A stretch of 64,000 nucleotides of DNA, taken from assembly GCA_002633005.1 (NCBI GenBank), contig NMRA01000293.1, positions 1 to 64,000 of the forward strand. Reading direction: 5' to 3'. The translations under genes were made by a program, and so were the position numbers. The DNA comes from Phoronis australis (lineage: Eukaryota; Animalia; Phoronida). Shown here one piece after another: positions 1 through 12,000 of this stretch; position 1 is the first letter of the stretch; every line of letters starts with the position of its first letter. The notes under the pieces were generated by a model. That model was not told the DNA's origin. It searched no databases and worked only from the letters and a program-made list of their open reading frames with translations.

Positions 1-437
1 TTGGCTGAGGCCCGCCCAAGTGCTACGCCCGAGCCTGCCCGCTCCGCCTTCGGCAGCTTTTCTGAGGCCCGCCCAAGTGCTATGCCCGAGCCTGCCCGAG
101 CTGCCTTCGGCAGCTTGGCTGAGGCCCGCTCAAGTGCTACGCCCGAGCCTGCCCGCGATGCCTTCGGCAGCTTGGCTGAGGCCCGCCCAAGTGCTACGCC
201 TGAGCCTTGCCCGCGCTGCCTTCGGCAGCTTGGCTGAGTCCCGCCCAAGTGCTACGCCCGAGCCTGCCCGCGCTGCCTTCGGCAGCTTGGCTGATGCCCA
301 CCCAAGTGCTACGCCCGAGCCTGGCCCGCGCTGCCTTCGGCAGCTTGGCTGATTCAAGCCCAAGTGCTACGACCGAGCCTGCCCGCGCTGCCTTCGGCAG
401 CTTGGTTGAGGCAAGCCCATTTGCTACGACCGAGCCG
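1..437. repeat. 57-bp GC-rich minisatellite (~7.5 units, runs off the window start)
   Basis: Unit TTGGCTGAGGCCCGCCCAAGTGCTACGCCCGAGCCTGCCCGCGCTGCCTTCGGCAGC repeats in tandem and explains the repetitive 19-aa ORFs. Confidence 0.95.
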
Positions 438-447
438 AGTTTTAGAG

Positions 448-795
448 GAAAAACTTGAGTTCTTCCGAAAAACTTAAGTTTTTAAAACTGAAGTTTTTCG
501 CCAAAAACTTAAGGTTTTCAGCACAATGTTAAGTTTTTCAGAAAACTTAAGTTTTTCAGAAAACTTAAGTTTTTTCAGGTGTAAAACTTAAGTTTTCACA
601 AATAAACTTAAGTTTCAAGTAATAACTTAAGTTTTTTGAACTAACAAAACTTAAGTTTTTGTAATTTTAAAAACTTAAGATTTCCAGACTTCTTAAGTTT
701 TTCAGAAAGCTGGATTTTTCATGTGTGGAAAACTCGAATTTTCTAAAAACTCTAAGGTTTCTATGTGATGAAAATTTACGTTTTCAAGTTTTTAA
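448..795. repeat. Array of the palindrome AAAACTTAAGTTTT and variants
   Basis: More than a dozen exact or degenerate AAACTTAAGTTT copies with short irregular spacers. Confidence 0.85.
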
Positions 796-985
796 AATTT
801 GAATATAGTGAGATATTTTTTAATTTTTGGTTAGAAATTTTCCCATTATTTTCCAACAAAAAAAAATTATTTGCTCATGCAAAACCCATCATCTCATAAA
901 AATGTTGCCCGAATGTTTCCTTAACATTTATATAGATACAAACCATAAAAGGACGACCGTTTAACCATTACTGATTTTAGTGCAG

Positions 986-1162
986 TCCGGCAGCTTGGCT
1001 GAGGTCCGCCTAAGTGCTACGCCGGAGCCTGCCTGCGCTACCAGTCCGGCAGCTTGGCTGAGGCCCGCCTAAGTGCTACTCCGGAGCCTGCCTGCGCTGC
1101 CTCCGGCAGCTTGGCTGAGGCCCGCCTAAGTGCTACGCCGGAGCCTGCCTGCACTGCCTCCG
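986..1162. repeat. Second block of the 57-bp minisatellite (~3 units, variant)
   Basis: Same unit as 1-437 with consistent variants (CGCCTAAG, GGAGCCTGCCTGC). Confidence 0.9.
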
Positions 1163-2597
1163 CAAAAAGGCAACAAAGCCTCTATTCTGCATTATCTCCC
1201 GGAAGACATTGTGCCAGAAGACTTTCATTATCCTGAGGGTGCTCTGTTCATACAAGATTGCATGGTACTTCTTCACGTTAGGTAATTTCCCTCCAATATG
1301 TGGTGAGATCTGTTTACAAGTACTTGATCTGGTGGTGCCAAAAAGCACCTCTCAGTTGTTCTCGACTGACAGGTACTACCCTGGATCTATCAAAGCCCAG
1401 GAGCGGTAGCGACGTGGCAGTTCAGAGAAGATAATAGTGGGTGGACCAGCTTCAAGAAAGCCATACGACTTCAAAACTTTTCTTACAAACGATGACAACA
1501 AAAGGCAACTCTGTCTACTGTTACTTAAAGTCTGGAGTGGCCGGGTGAGAAGGCAGTTTCCAGGTTGGAGAAAACCGAGATGGCCATCTTGATTGTAGAC
1601 GGAAAAGCCCATGAACTTGATACATCCGATGGCGACGCAAGTCCATAATCTTGTTTCTGAATATATTCATTTGAGTATTTCTTACTTTTAAATAATTTGC
1701 GTTGTCATATTTATAATAATAATATTCATCTGATGTTTCAGGTTCATACTCAGGAGCTCCCACATATCTACAGCAATCAAGAAGAGACTGACTCAAGAAT
1801 TGTTTTGTACCTCCAGTACGCTGTCTCACTTGGGAATGGAAACGCTGTCGTCAGAACCGCTGACACTGATATCTTTGTCATTTTGCTGTATCATGCTCAC
1901 GCCATAAAGCTGACTATTTACCTAGATATAGGGTCTGGAAAACATCGGCGACTACTGAATCTCTCCGACCTGGCAAAATCCTTTGGAAAAGACTACTGTG
2001 AAGCTCTACTTGGGTTTCATGTAATTCACTGGTGAAGATTGCACCAGTGCATTTAAAGGTAAAGGAAAGGTTGTCCCCCTTAAAAAGCTAGAAAATAATC
2101 CAAAATTTCACCGTGCACTCAGGCAACTTGGCGTTCATTGGGATGTAAGTTCTGAAGTTTTGAAAGAGTTGGAAGAGTTCACCTGACCCATGTACGGTCA
2201 GAGTCGTGAGTCATCGGTAGATTCTATCCGTGTCAAGACGTTGCGTAAAATGGTTGGTGAAGATGAAATTCTCACTCACAAGTCCAAGATTGACCTTACT
2301 CGACTCCCCCCGTACATGTCTGCACTGAAACCTCACAAATCCAACGAGTAAATCACCGTGTTGCTTTGTACAAGCGCGCTTGTGAACCCATAAGTGAACA
2401 GCCAAAACCTTATGACGAAAGACAAGGGTGGAGGTGGACTGACGAAGGTGTGCTAGAACCTGTTTGGTCGTGTGGTCCTATCTTACCAAACTCATGTTGA
2501 TCTCTTGCTCACCGATTTTTGTGACGTGGATGGAGAAGAGGAAAGTGACGAGTTGTATGGAAGTTTCACGGAAAGCGATGAAAGTGACATGGAGTGA
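1163..2597 (+). pseudogene. Decayed, intron-containing PIN/FEN1-like (H3TH) nuclease gene, probably transposon-derived
   Basis: Joined frames give ...TDRYYPGSIKAQER*RRG...FLTNDDNKRQL...SNQEETDSRIVLY...VVRTADTDIFVILL...ALLGFHV/FTGEDCTSAFKGKGK...LTRLPP...RVNHRVALYKRA...QGW and an acidic tail. In-frame stops at ~1407 and ~2184, frameshift near 2023, phase-0 intron 1637-1741 (GCAAGT...TTTCAG). Confidence 0.7.
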
Positions 2598-3246
2598 TGG
2601 AGCGTGTAAACAGTGACATCAACACCTACGGATTCCAAATCTACAACTATTTTCCTGCGTTTTTCCCCTGAGATATTTAAATCATTTGTTGAAATCCGGC
2701 TCACTAAAAAGCTGATTATAGCAACAATGAAAGTTGTAATGTTTACATTGGTTTATGTAGACTTTCAGTGTAGTATTGATTGTAAGTAAACGTATAATAC
2801 AAATCAGATGCAATAGAGTATAAAGAGAATTATTCCATCGTAATGGTTGACCCTCAAAATAGTGGTGTTAACACTTGATTTGTTAAATTACAGGAAAAAG
2901 AAAGTGAGATATCATCAAATAACGAAAAATCGGTAAGAGCGGCACTAATTTGCATAAAAAAATGCACGTGGGACACTTTTTCGGCTTGTTAACATCATTT
3001 TTCTGTATCTACACAAATTGACCTTTATAAAAATGCAACTTTAAAGTTGAAGTCCGGGGGGTGCACGGGAGCCATTTTTCGACTCGGCTGTTACCACCTG
3101 CCAAACTTTCAAACCGGGCGTACTTAAAAGAGTGATTACACCTCATTACAGGCGTACGGAAATATTTAATCGGAGCTTGATTGACTTGAATATTTTGATC
3201 TGGTTGCATTTTGCGTGTTACTTAACTTGCTTACATCGCTGGAAAT

Positions 3247-4106
3247 GGGAACAGCCCAGTATTCCAAAGGTTCACCACTGATCTGAAGATACACTATTCC
3301 GAAGGTTCACTACTCCGAAAAGGTTTAAAATTTCGGACTTGGGTGTATCAGATATCCCCTTTTACCTGCAGAAATAAACTACACTTAGGTTATTAGATGC
3401 ACTAGGTGGTGTACGCTTAAGCAACGCCCGGATTTGATGGCGCATGAGAAATTGCCGCATGTCTTTCGAATACGGAAAATGAGTATGCCTACTTGACTTT
3501 TTTTTAAAAAGATTATGAAGTGGGCCTAGGAATATTGATGAATTATCAACTACTGACGATGCAAGGTCGCATCATTTCACAGCGTGACTGAGCTAGTTTA
3601 TGGCTGCTGCCCCTCAAACTCACCCATCGGAACCACGTGCATGACCAGGTCGAAACTAAATCAGTAGGCTACCATGTCCCTGCCAGTCTTCACGAAGTCG
3701 GAGAGTCCCATTCAGTCTTCTTCAATTGAAACCGCCGCTATTGGTCGCTGAAGTCCTGACTCGTTGTTGTCCCTGCTTTAGACTGAATGAGTCGTTAGTT
3801 AGATTGAAGATTCACGATTGGCAGTGACTGAAACCGCTCATTTGTAAACATTGTAATCAAAGTTTTAAGAACTATTCAACCTTTGTACACCTTTTATATA
3901 GTTATTAAATGGGCACAAATACAATACTTTTCTCATGTCAGTTCCGACTCGTTAGCAAACAATCAGAGTAAACTGTCGGAGTTCTGGTTTCGGAATTGTG
4001 GATATTCGAAGTAGTTAATTTTTTAATTTAGCGAACCTTCGCAGACGGTAACTTTGGAGTAGTGGACTTTCGGAGAGATGAGCCATCGAAATAGTGACAT
4101 GTATCC
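3247..4106. mobile_element. Old non-autonomous DNA transposon with subterminal TTCCGAAGGTTCAC-type repeats
   Basis: Degenerate inverted ends carrying short repeats in opposite orientations; flanked by CTGGAAAT (3239-3246) and TTGGAAAT (4107-4114), a likely TSD. Confidence 0.6.
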
Positions 4107-5839
4107 TTGGAAATCTTTTCCATCAATTTTTTTGCCCGTATGACGCCTGTGACTAGGCTGTGCGCCATGCATCGGCAGAGTGACAAGAGAAGACTTTCTT
4201 TATTTGATTAGGCCTACTAGGTCTAGATCTACTTTCCCTAGTGATATGAACATGCCCGTCGGGGTTTTCTTAGTGAAAGAAAATACGGTAGTTCATGGGG
4301 GGTGCAGCATTGAAAAAAGTTAGGGACTATAGCCCCTGTGGTGCATAACGCGAAGTTGTCGTGAGGACTCGATTGGGACCTCAGGGGTCTCACGCTCCAC
4401 CGGCTAAATTGAAAAGGCTTTGTCCAGTCACGCGTTGTGGGTCATAAATCGAGATAATGATACCAACAGCTGACGCGACAAGCAGAACTACTTTCTTTTA
4501 CTTCATTTGTGCACTAACTGGAGAAATTTAGAATTAGACTTTTANGGTTTTCAACATTCAAATAGGCTACAATGCTTTGTGGGGTTTTAGGTTACCGGCA
4601 GAGAGTTGATGTAGCGGGTTCGATTTCGCACTTCGGCTCTTTCCAGAAAAAAATCAGTGGTTTTCTCATTGGTAACTTTAGGGACATCTGAATATTATTT
4701 TTATTTCAAATAAAATGGTCATGAATTTGAAAATTGTTGATTTTGCGTTCAAGACTCGTTGTTATAGCTTGCAATGTCAACCTACAACCGTGGTGACGTC
4801 TTCCTGAACATATAACCATCTATCAACACAAGTGTAGCCATTAATTCGCGTAAAACGACAGATTTGAACTAAGGAGGAAAGTTTTCGCTTTAGTTTTTTT
4901 TTTCACAGTCATCTACTTAACTCAGTTTACATTTACAACATTATAACACAATTCCTACTGTGAAATGCAGCGGGGCAATTGCGGTCTTAGTGAACTTGAC
5001 GCGCTTTCAAATGGCATTCAAGTTAATATCGCTTTTTGACCTACACAAATCATAAAAATAAACTTGTGACACTACTTTTTTAGTTCATAGCAAACAAGAT
5101 GGGCATCAAAATAATTAAGTTAAACAAAAAATCAATACTGCTATATTTTTGTAAAAACCAAAACGCTAAAATTTGAAGTACTAGAATGCGCCGAATGATG
5201 AGTCGCGGCCGCGGAAAAAATAAACAAAGCCGGCTAAAACGTAAAACTGGCATCATGTGACAAAATAAATCCGCTTCAAAAAGGATTTCAATAGTTGATG
5301 TAATTGTTGCAGATTAGCAGTAGGCAAAGATCAATTGAAAATACAAACCATCAAAATTTGATTATGACTGTGCCAATCGAACCCATTAAAGCAGAAGTCA
5401 AGTGGCGAACCAAAGTCCCGAAGCGTATTGTCTCCAATATTTGTGACCTTGCCACATTTCTGTAAGTTATAACATTGATAAAAAAGTTAAAATACCTACC
5501 AATAGGACAGTATAAATATACATAATCTCAACCCATATTTCAACGTAAGTTTGCAGCCCTAAATGCTCCATGACCGTAACTTTTTGGAGACAGACTATGA
5601 TAGCGGGCCTACTACTTTCAAAAATTGGCGATCATGAGAATAAATGTATGGTTCATCTGTCCTGGTAAAGAAATTGAAATTTCTCGTGAAATCGTGAATG
5701 AAACAACGGAGTCCAAATACCCTTATCATATGACAAAAATGACCTTTTTGCGCGAACTTGACTGAAATAGCGGCCAGTGCTTTGGAGCTTGCCGGGCGCC
5801 CAGCTGTACACAGAGGTCGCTTGTGAGCTAGGCTGCCCT

Positions 5840-5916
5840 CTCGCTGGTTCCCTACGTGCCTAGCCTTAACGCATGCTGGCTACCGACCATCTAGCGGCAC
5901 GCAGGGAACCAGCGAG
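5840..5916. mobile_element. 77-bp mini-MITE with 21-bp TIRs and 9-bp TSD
   Basis: TIRs CTCGCTGGTTCCCTACGTGCC / GGCACGCAGGGAACCAGCGAG (1 mismatch); GGCTGCCCT at 5831-5839 and 5917-5925. Confidence 0.85.
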
Positions 5917-5933
5917 GGCTGCCCTGTGCTTGC

Positions 5934-5953
5934 TGCACCGAGAGGGGGCAGCA
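5934..5953 (+). promoter_or_regulatory. CTCF-like motif in the MTAP promoter region
   Basis: GCACCGAGAGGGGGCAGCAC resembles the CTCF core CCASYAGRKGGCRS, ~50 bp upstream of the MTAP ATG. Confidence 0.45.
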
Positions 5954-6002
5954 CAGATGTAGAGTACTGGGTCAACGTGACTCAAAAGCAAACGACCACA
6001 AC

Positions 6003-6032
6003 ATGTCTCGGGAAAGTGCAGTTAAAATAAAG
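6003..6032 (+). CDS. MTAP: MTAP coding exon 1 ([10 protein letters not shown])
   Basis: CAACATG start, phase-0 donor AAG|GTTTGT; joins in frame to IGIIGG. Confidence 0.8.
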
Positions 6033-9000
6033 GTTTGTTGACTATTTTTTTTCTGCAATTATTTTGTTAGGCCCTACTTTACATATTGGCAATGACAGAA
6101 ACCTACATTATCGAGCCCGTAGGAAAGTGCAAATTACTTATTATTAGGGATGTTGCAGACTTGCAGCCCAGGCCAGTGACAGTGTAACCCACAGGCACAG
6201 GCGTCCTCAGCTTCTGATCGTCCCCTGGAGCCCAATACTATGTAGGCCCTATATAGTGTATTGGGGGGATCAGAAGCTGAGGTCGCCTGTGTAGCCAGCC
6301 ATCTAGCTGTAGACAATAGTCAAAATTACAGGTAGGTACCACTGTGTGTTCAGCGCTGACAGACCTCGAAATTGCACCCATTAAACTTGTAATCAACATG
6401 TTGAGCTAAAAAGACTAGGCAATGACCATCGCCTCTGTTGGCCCGACAAAATATTAGCCAACCAGCTAGTTGTAGGAAGACTATCTAGTGTACAGCTTTT
6501 TACCAAACTCCAAAGCTAGCAAAATGTGTGAATCAATCGACACGCACCTTACCCATTACAGCCATTCATATTTTCTTGTGTAATTCTTCGCCTTTTGTCA
6601 CAATGAAAAGTATTTCGTCGTTTTGAAAACAGTATACGCTCCTGTCACTCGTACATGCCATTTCCTAAAATTCTGCTACTTCTCTCTGAAGATGATGACA
6701 GCTTCGCAGCAGCAAAATTGATTCTGATATTCGGCTTGCTGTCACTATATGAAACCCGAGTTCTGATAATTTGTTGTGACATCTCCGCAGCCTCGTGGAA
6801 GAAGAACAGTTCAGAATTGGTGAAAAAATAAACTCGCCAATAGGTGATGCAATATTTCATGGCGGTGAAAGCCGATTCACGCTAAAAATCACCCCACAAC
6901 TTTAGTTACCTTTAGTAGCAGAATAACGGTAGAACGTCATTTTTTCTAATAATTTAGTCAAGACAGACTAGTTTTAATGACACTAATTTTGTGTCAGATT
7001 TTATCTGGCCATTTTTTACTCACATCGGCACAAGGCTTTATATTAAAGTATATAGCTTTGCATCAAGGCTACCAGCCAGCTAGCTGTATGATTTGACGCA
7101 ATATTTTATGGCGCCGAAAACCGACGCAAAATATCGCTCTAGTGACAGATTTTATTTAGTCAGTTTTTTTACCCATATTGGCGCAAAGCTGTATATTAAG
7201 TAGCTTTGCGCCAAGGCTAGCCAAACTGATGCCTGCCACTAAAGTGACTTGGAACACTTTAATTTGGCATGACCTTCGACCCAAACTGATGCCTGGGTCA
7301 AACTGAAGCTGCCATAAGTTCCCAAATTATTGTCGGTAATTTATTGGGTTTTTTAACAGTTATCAGAACTGAAATTGATGACAAAGAGTGCGAGGTTGTG
7401 CATAATTATTTTCTCAGGACACTCCCCCATGTGATTAATCCATGAATAACGTAGAATTGTCGTGAGGACTTGACAGGGACCTCAGGGGTCTCACACTCCA
7501 CTGATTTATCCACATTCTTTTGAAAATGCTTTGCCCAGTCACACTTTGTGTGTCATAAAAGAGATAAGCACACCTGCAGGTAGAACTGCTATCGTTTATC
7601 ACATTGGTGTAGACACATAGTTGAACTGTGGTTTTCTGTTGACCCAAGACCGTCCGGAGTTGCTCCATATATTCCAACTCCGGACAGTCTCTCACGACAA
7701 TTTAGCGTTATGATGTGACCTGCATAAGTAAGCACTGTTTGTCGTCAATTTCAGTTCTGATAACCGTTAATTAAAAAAATATATTAATTACTGTTTGGCT
7801 CACCAATCCGTGCCAAATTGAAATGCGACAAATCAGTTTGGCGCAGGCATGGCTTTGGGCTGCAACAGGGACACATTACACGAATTTGACGTCCCCAAAC
7901 TTTTGCCCCTGCCTGTGCCCCTCATATCACCATCACCTCCGTCCCGCATTCTTCGGATGTACTGATCCCCCTAGCCTGCCAGCTAGCTATATAAAGGCTA
8001 TCGTCAAAATACGAGTGGAGCTGCTTGGGGGTTATGAAATTTCAAGCTTAACACAGTGATTCCTAGCTGTATTTTGACGACCCCGGTAGGTGGAGGCGAA
8101 CCTGGAGAGACAGCCATCAGAATTTGAGTAAGCATGTTTCAACAAAGCTTCGGTGTTGTATTCCTACAGGTTCACTATCACTTCTAGAAGTACACACTTG
8201 TTAATACAGCTCGAATAAAACCCAATGTAGGTGATCATCTCTGATGGCCTGGTTGCAAGCTGAAAGAATGCCAGCAGCCTCCCGCTAGCAGTATAACAAA
8301 CATCTGGGGAACCATAAAAGTGACAAATCACAAGACACCACAGAAGGATCAAGGATGAATGATGTTGATGATTGCAACAACAGAGAGTGAGAATGAAATC
8401 AAAGTACGGCCAAGGGCCAGCACAGGTAGATAGGTGGGAGCTAAAGGCAACGCGTAATCCCGGACTGGAGACATTATGAACATAAACCACCCAGGTTAGT
8501 CGTCGGGGCTGCAAAAGTTGAAAACTAAAGTTCCAGTAACGAAAAGACTAGACTAGTAAACCAAAGAAATAACATGCACGTGATTATTTTGGTGAATTCG
8601 TCGCAAAATTGTAAATCTGCTTTCTTGTCGGGGGCCGTGAAGTGGCTGGTTCCCCCGGCCTTCTACATAACCGTACTGGGAAAAGGTGTACAAGAACAAT
8701 GATTTAAATAATGTATGTATATCTAAATAATGATCCCGGTAATGTCTGATCATAGTATAAAAAATCGCGTTAAAGTTTCACTACAGCTTTGTGTCAGCAA
8801 ACACTGAAACAGCATGCGCTCACACAGCGGTCAATTAGTTTTATTGCGTTTTAAGCCGGTAACGCAGTGTGATTTATTCATTGTTGATTTCTCAAAACAT
8901 TTGCACTCACGAACACTCCTAAGGCATTACAAATTGTGTCTACTGAGACAGATTTTTATACAAACATTGGTTGGGGTGACAATAATTCATTTTAAATTGA

Positions 9001-12000
9001 AACAATGCTGGCCACAGACACGGTGATATTTCACGGCCTCTTGATTATTAATGGTGTACTTTTCGTTTTTTACTGCTGGGAACCACTTCCGAAGCATTAT
9101 GGGATCTTGAAAAATTGAAAAAAAGATATACTTGCTTTCCTCGCAGCTTCACGGTATGCACTAGCGGTAACGATACGCCACACCATAGCAGCACACACTC
9201 AGTTGAAGAACCACTGACGTAGCCGCATCGTGTACTCACCTTTCTCACAGGTTAAGGCGACACCTGTATGTGACATGTATATGAAGTGATGTGAATATAG
9301 ACCGATTAGACGGTAACAACAACTAATTACATCGGGTGGCATTCTTTTTAATTGCCTAGGAGGTGGACTGCTTGCCACAAGTCAGCAAGTGAACAATAAC
9401 TGTGATAGCTCACGCCAACTGAAAGTTGGGCAGTTACATTACCTATGGATGTGGATGTGACAGGAATCCACAAGCGATCGCCTACCACCTGAAGAAGTTA
9501 CTCATCATGCTTCGAAGGTATATTTTGAAGCAGGGATATTTGTGACCATATTTGAACCTTTGCTCTTTGGGCACACCTGGTGATAAAAAGTGTGCCTTTT
9601 TACAAAAAGTTGTGCCTAGCAGACTTAGTGTAATTAAAGTGGTAACATAAGAAACAGAATCTTAATACCAATCAGAACAGCCATGTTTTACCAGACTGGC
9701 TGTAAGTTGACTTAAATCGTGCATTTTTGGAAGAGAATTGCATTTTAAAAGATGGGGCGCTCTGCTGCGAAGTACGTGTGCCTTTTTATTTTAATGGAGC
9801 AAAAGCGCAGTCCAGGAGTACCCTAGTGAAGTTCTGGGGCTCGTGGTGCATTCTGTTTCAAAATCCAGTTTGTGATGACTGGGGATAAATGCTACACAGG
9901 GTGTCCCACAATGTAATCACACTTCAGTACATTGTTGGGAGTTACAGTTGCCCTGGATCAGATTGTGCGCCCGAGCCTACTGCATGGTTTCATCTTGTGC
10001 ATGACCGATTACGTGCCCTGTATGTATTGGAAATGGCAAGCTACTCTGTTTTGGAGAACGAAAATTCATTGGTAATACTAGTGAAAACTAAAATGTCAAG
10101 GAAATGCAAAGGCAAAATAAATCTTCCTGAGTTAATAACCAATGTGTTTAATATCAGTTAAAGACTTTTTGATCCCCTGTTTAAACCACCAATATTGTTC
10201 CCAAGTCAATAAACAATTCATTTATTGTCATTTGAATTGTAAATACATTTTTGGGACACTGTGTACAAGTGCCCGAATTTCATCATTATCTTTGAGGGAT
10301 ATTTCAGATAGGGAAAACTTGTTTAGTGTACTTTGCTATTTGGGGATCAGGTGATAAAGATTTTCCGAACTTCTTCCTGCATCGAAGTTCACTGAAACAT
10401 CATCAATGCTTACAAGATTATAGGAAAAATTATAAATCTTCACTGGATTTACTTGAGAATGAGATGGCAAAGTTTTGTCGGCCACTGCCACATTTGTTGC
10501 AGATAGCTGAGAATGAGATAAATGACAAGAAATTTTCGGTAACATTCCATCCAGGTGTGTGACAAATTAAATCTGAGTCCACCTTTCTTGATGGGGGAGG
10601 GATGTCACGTTCAAACCAGTTTTTCTCCTTGGCTGATATCAGTTCATTATCTAGGTCAAAAGACTGACCGGATTCCTGACAATGCGTGAACACACCTGGG
10701 TTGTGTTGAGACAGTTGTAATTTCAAACATTGTGTGGTCTTACCTACATAACTTTCAGAACACACTCTCTCATCACTCTATTGATCACAAACTTGGAGTT
10801 ATTTGTACCTTCCATCACCATGCTGACCTGATTATATCGGAGGAGTGTGACGGGATGTCAGAAAAATAGAGGATATATATGTTGGGTCTTTAACAAGGTT
10901 ATCCATGAAGCACAAGCAGTGACGCATGCTATATGTTGCATTTTTCATCTGACCGACCTGAAATTTACAGTCAGGCATCCTTCTTCAATGTTTTATCTTC
11001 GTGATAACCAGTATTTCCAGTGTATTTGTCATTGCCAGTTGTTTTTCAAATGTATGATTTTGAACTGCGAAATTTTGTGAATGTCTAGTGAATCAGTGAA
11101 GATAATGCCGTCAAAAATTTTTGTTGACAAACATGTTGCATACGAGAAAACTGTTGTGGAAACTTCTGTCTAATAAATGGCAGATCCCAATGGAGATGAT
11201 GATACAACCTTGTTTGCTGGAAGCTTTTCGTCAAATTAAGCCTCACCCTTAATAAGCCTTCAAAGTCACAATGTTGTAGTTTTCAAGTGTTTGGCTATGG
11301 ATATCTTTAAATCTTTCCAACTCAAACAAACACTGGCGATTCCAATTTCTTTTCTGACGACAGGTTCCTTCTTATTCCACCACAAAATTGATGGTGTTAC
11401 CATTTTTCAATTGAAAAATGGCTGGCCATCATTTTTGTTCTTGAATGAAGGAAGTTTTTGGAAGAAGTCAGTTATAGACAGAGTATTTGTTCGAGTTGTA
11501 AGGATTTATGGATGTCGACAGCTTCTGAAAGTGTTCCTTCATGGTAGAATGGTACCATGACTTTTGATGGTTTAGCCAGGGTGAGGCGTAATTTGCTCTA
11601 AAGTTTCTGGAATATAAAGCTTTATGCCCAGAGCGATCCAAGGCTGTGTATTTGAAAGTTTATACAGTTTAAGGTAACCGGTGAGCAACCTACCAGCTAT
11701 TGATTGAATGGCCAATTCTCAAAGATTTGTGCCGTACTAATCTTGTGCAAATTCATAACTGGCCGAATTATTGAGAAATGGGTCCAATTTGACCAGACCT
11801 TACTAGCCATTGAGTATTGCTATATTTTGTAGATCGGAATCATTGGTGGATCGGGTCTGGATGATCCTGACATCTTGGATGGACGACAAGAAAACTTAGT
11901 TGATACTCCATATGGCAAGGTGGGTTAAGTTAAATGTCTTATTTAAGAAAATTCTAGTTAAATACAAGAATGCTTTGAACTATTCATGTTGAGTCGGGAG

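Noticed and set aside
1-458. Repetitive Ala/Pro-rich ORFs
   Set aside because: By-product of a stop-poor 57-bp satellite open in several frames and on both strands; non-ATG starts and no splice support.
448-795. CRISPR-like palindromic repeat array
   Set aside because: Eukaryotic context, degenerate repeats with very short irregular spacers, and no cas genes.
4590-4640. Possible tRNA gene (GGGTTCGATT B-box; similar at 41308 and 59144)
   Set aside because: No acceptor stem or cloverleaf; at most SINE remnants.
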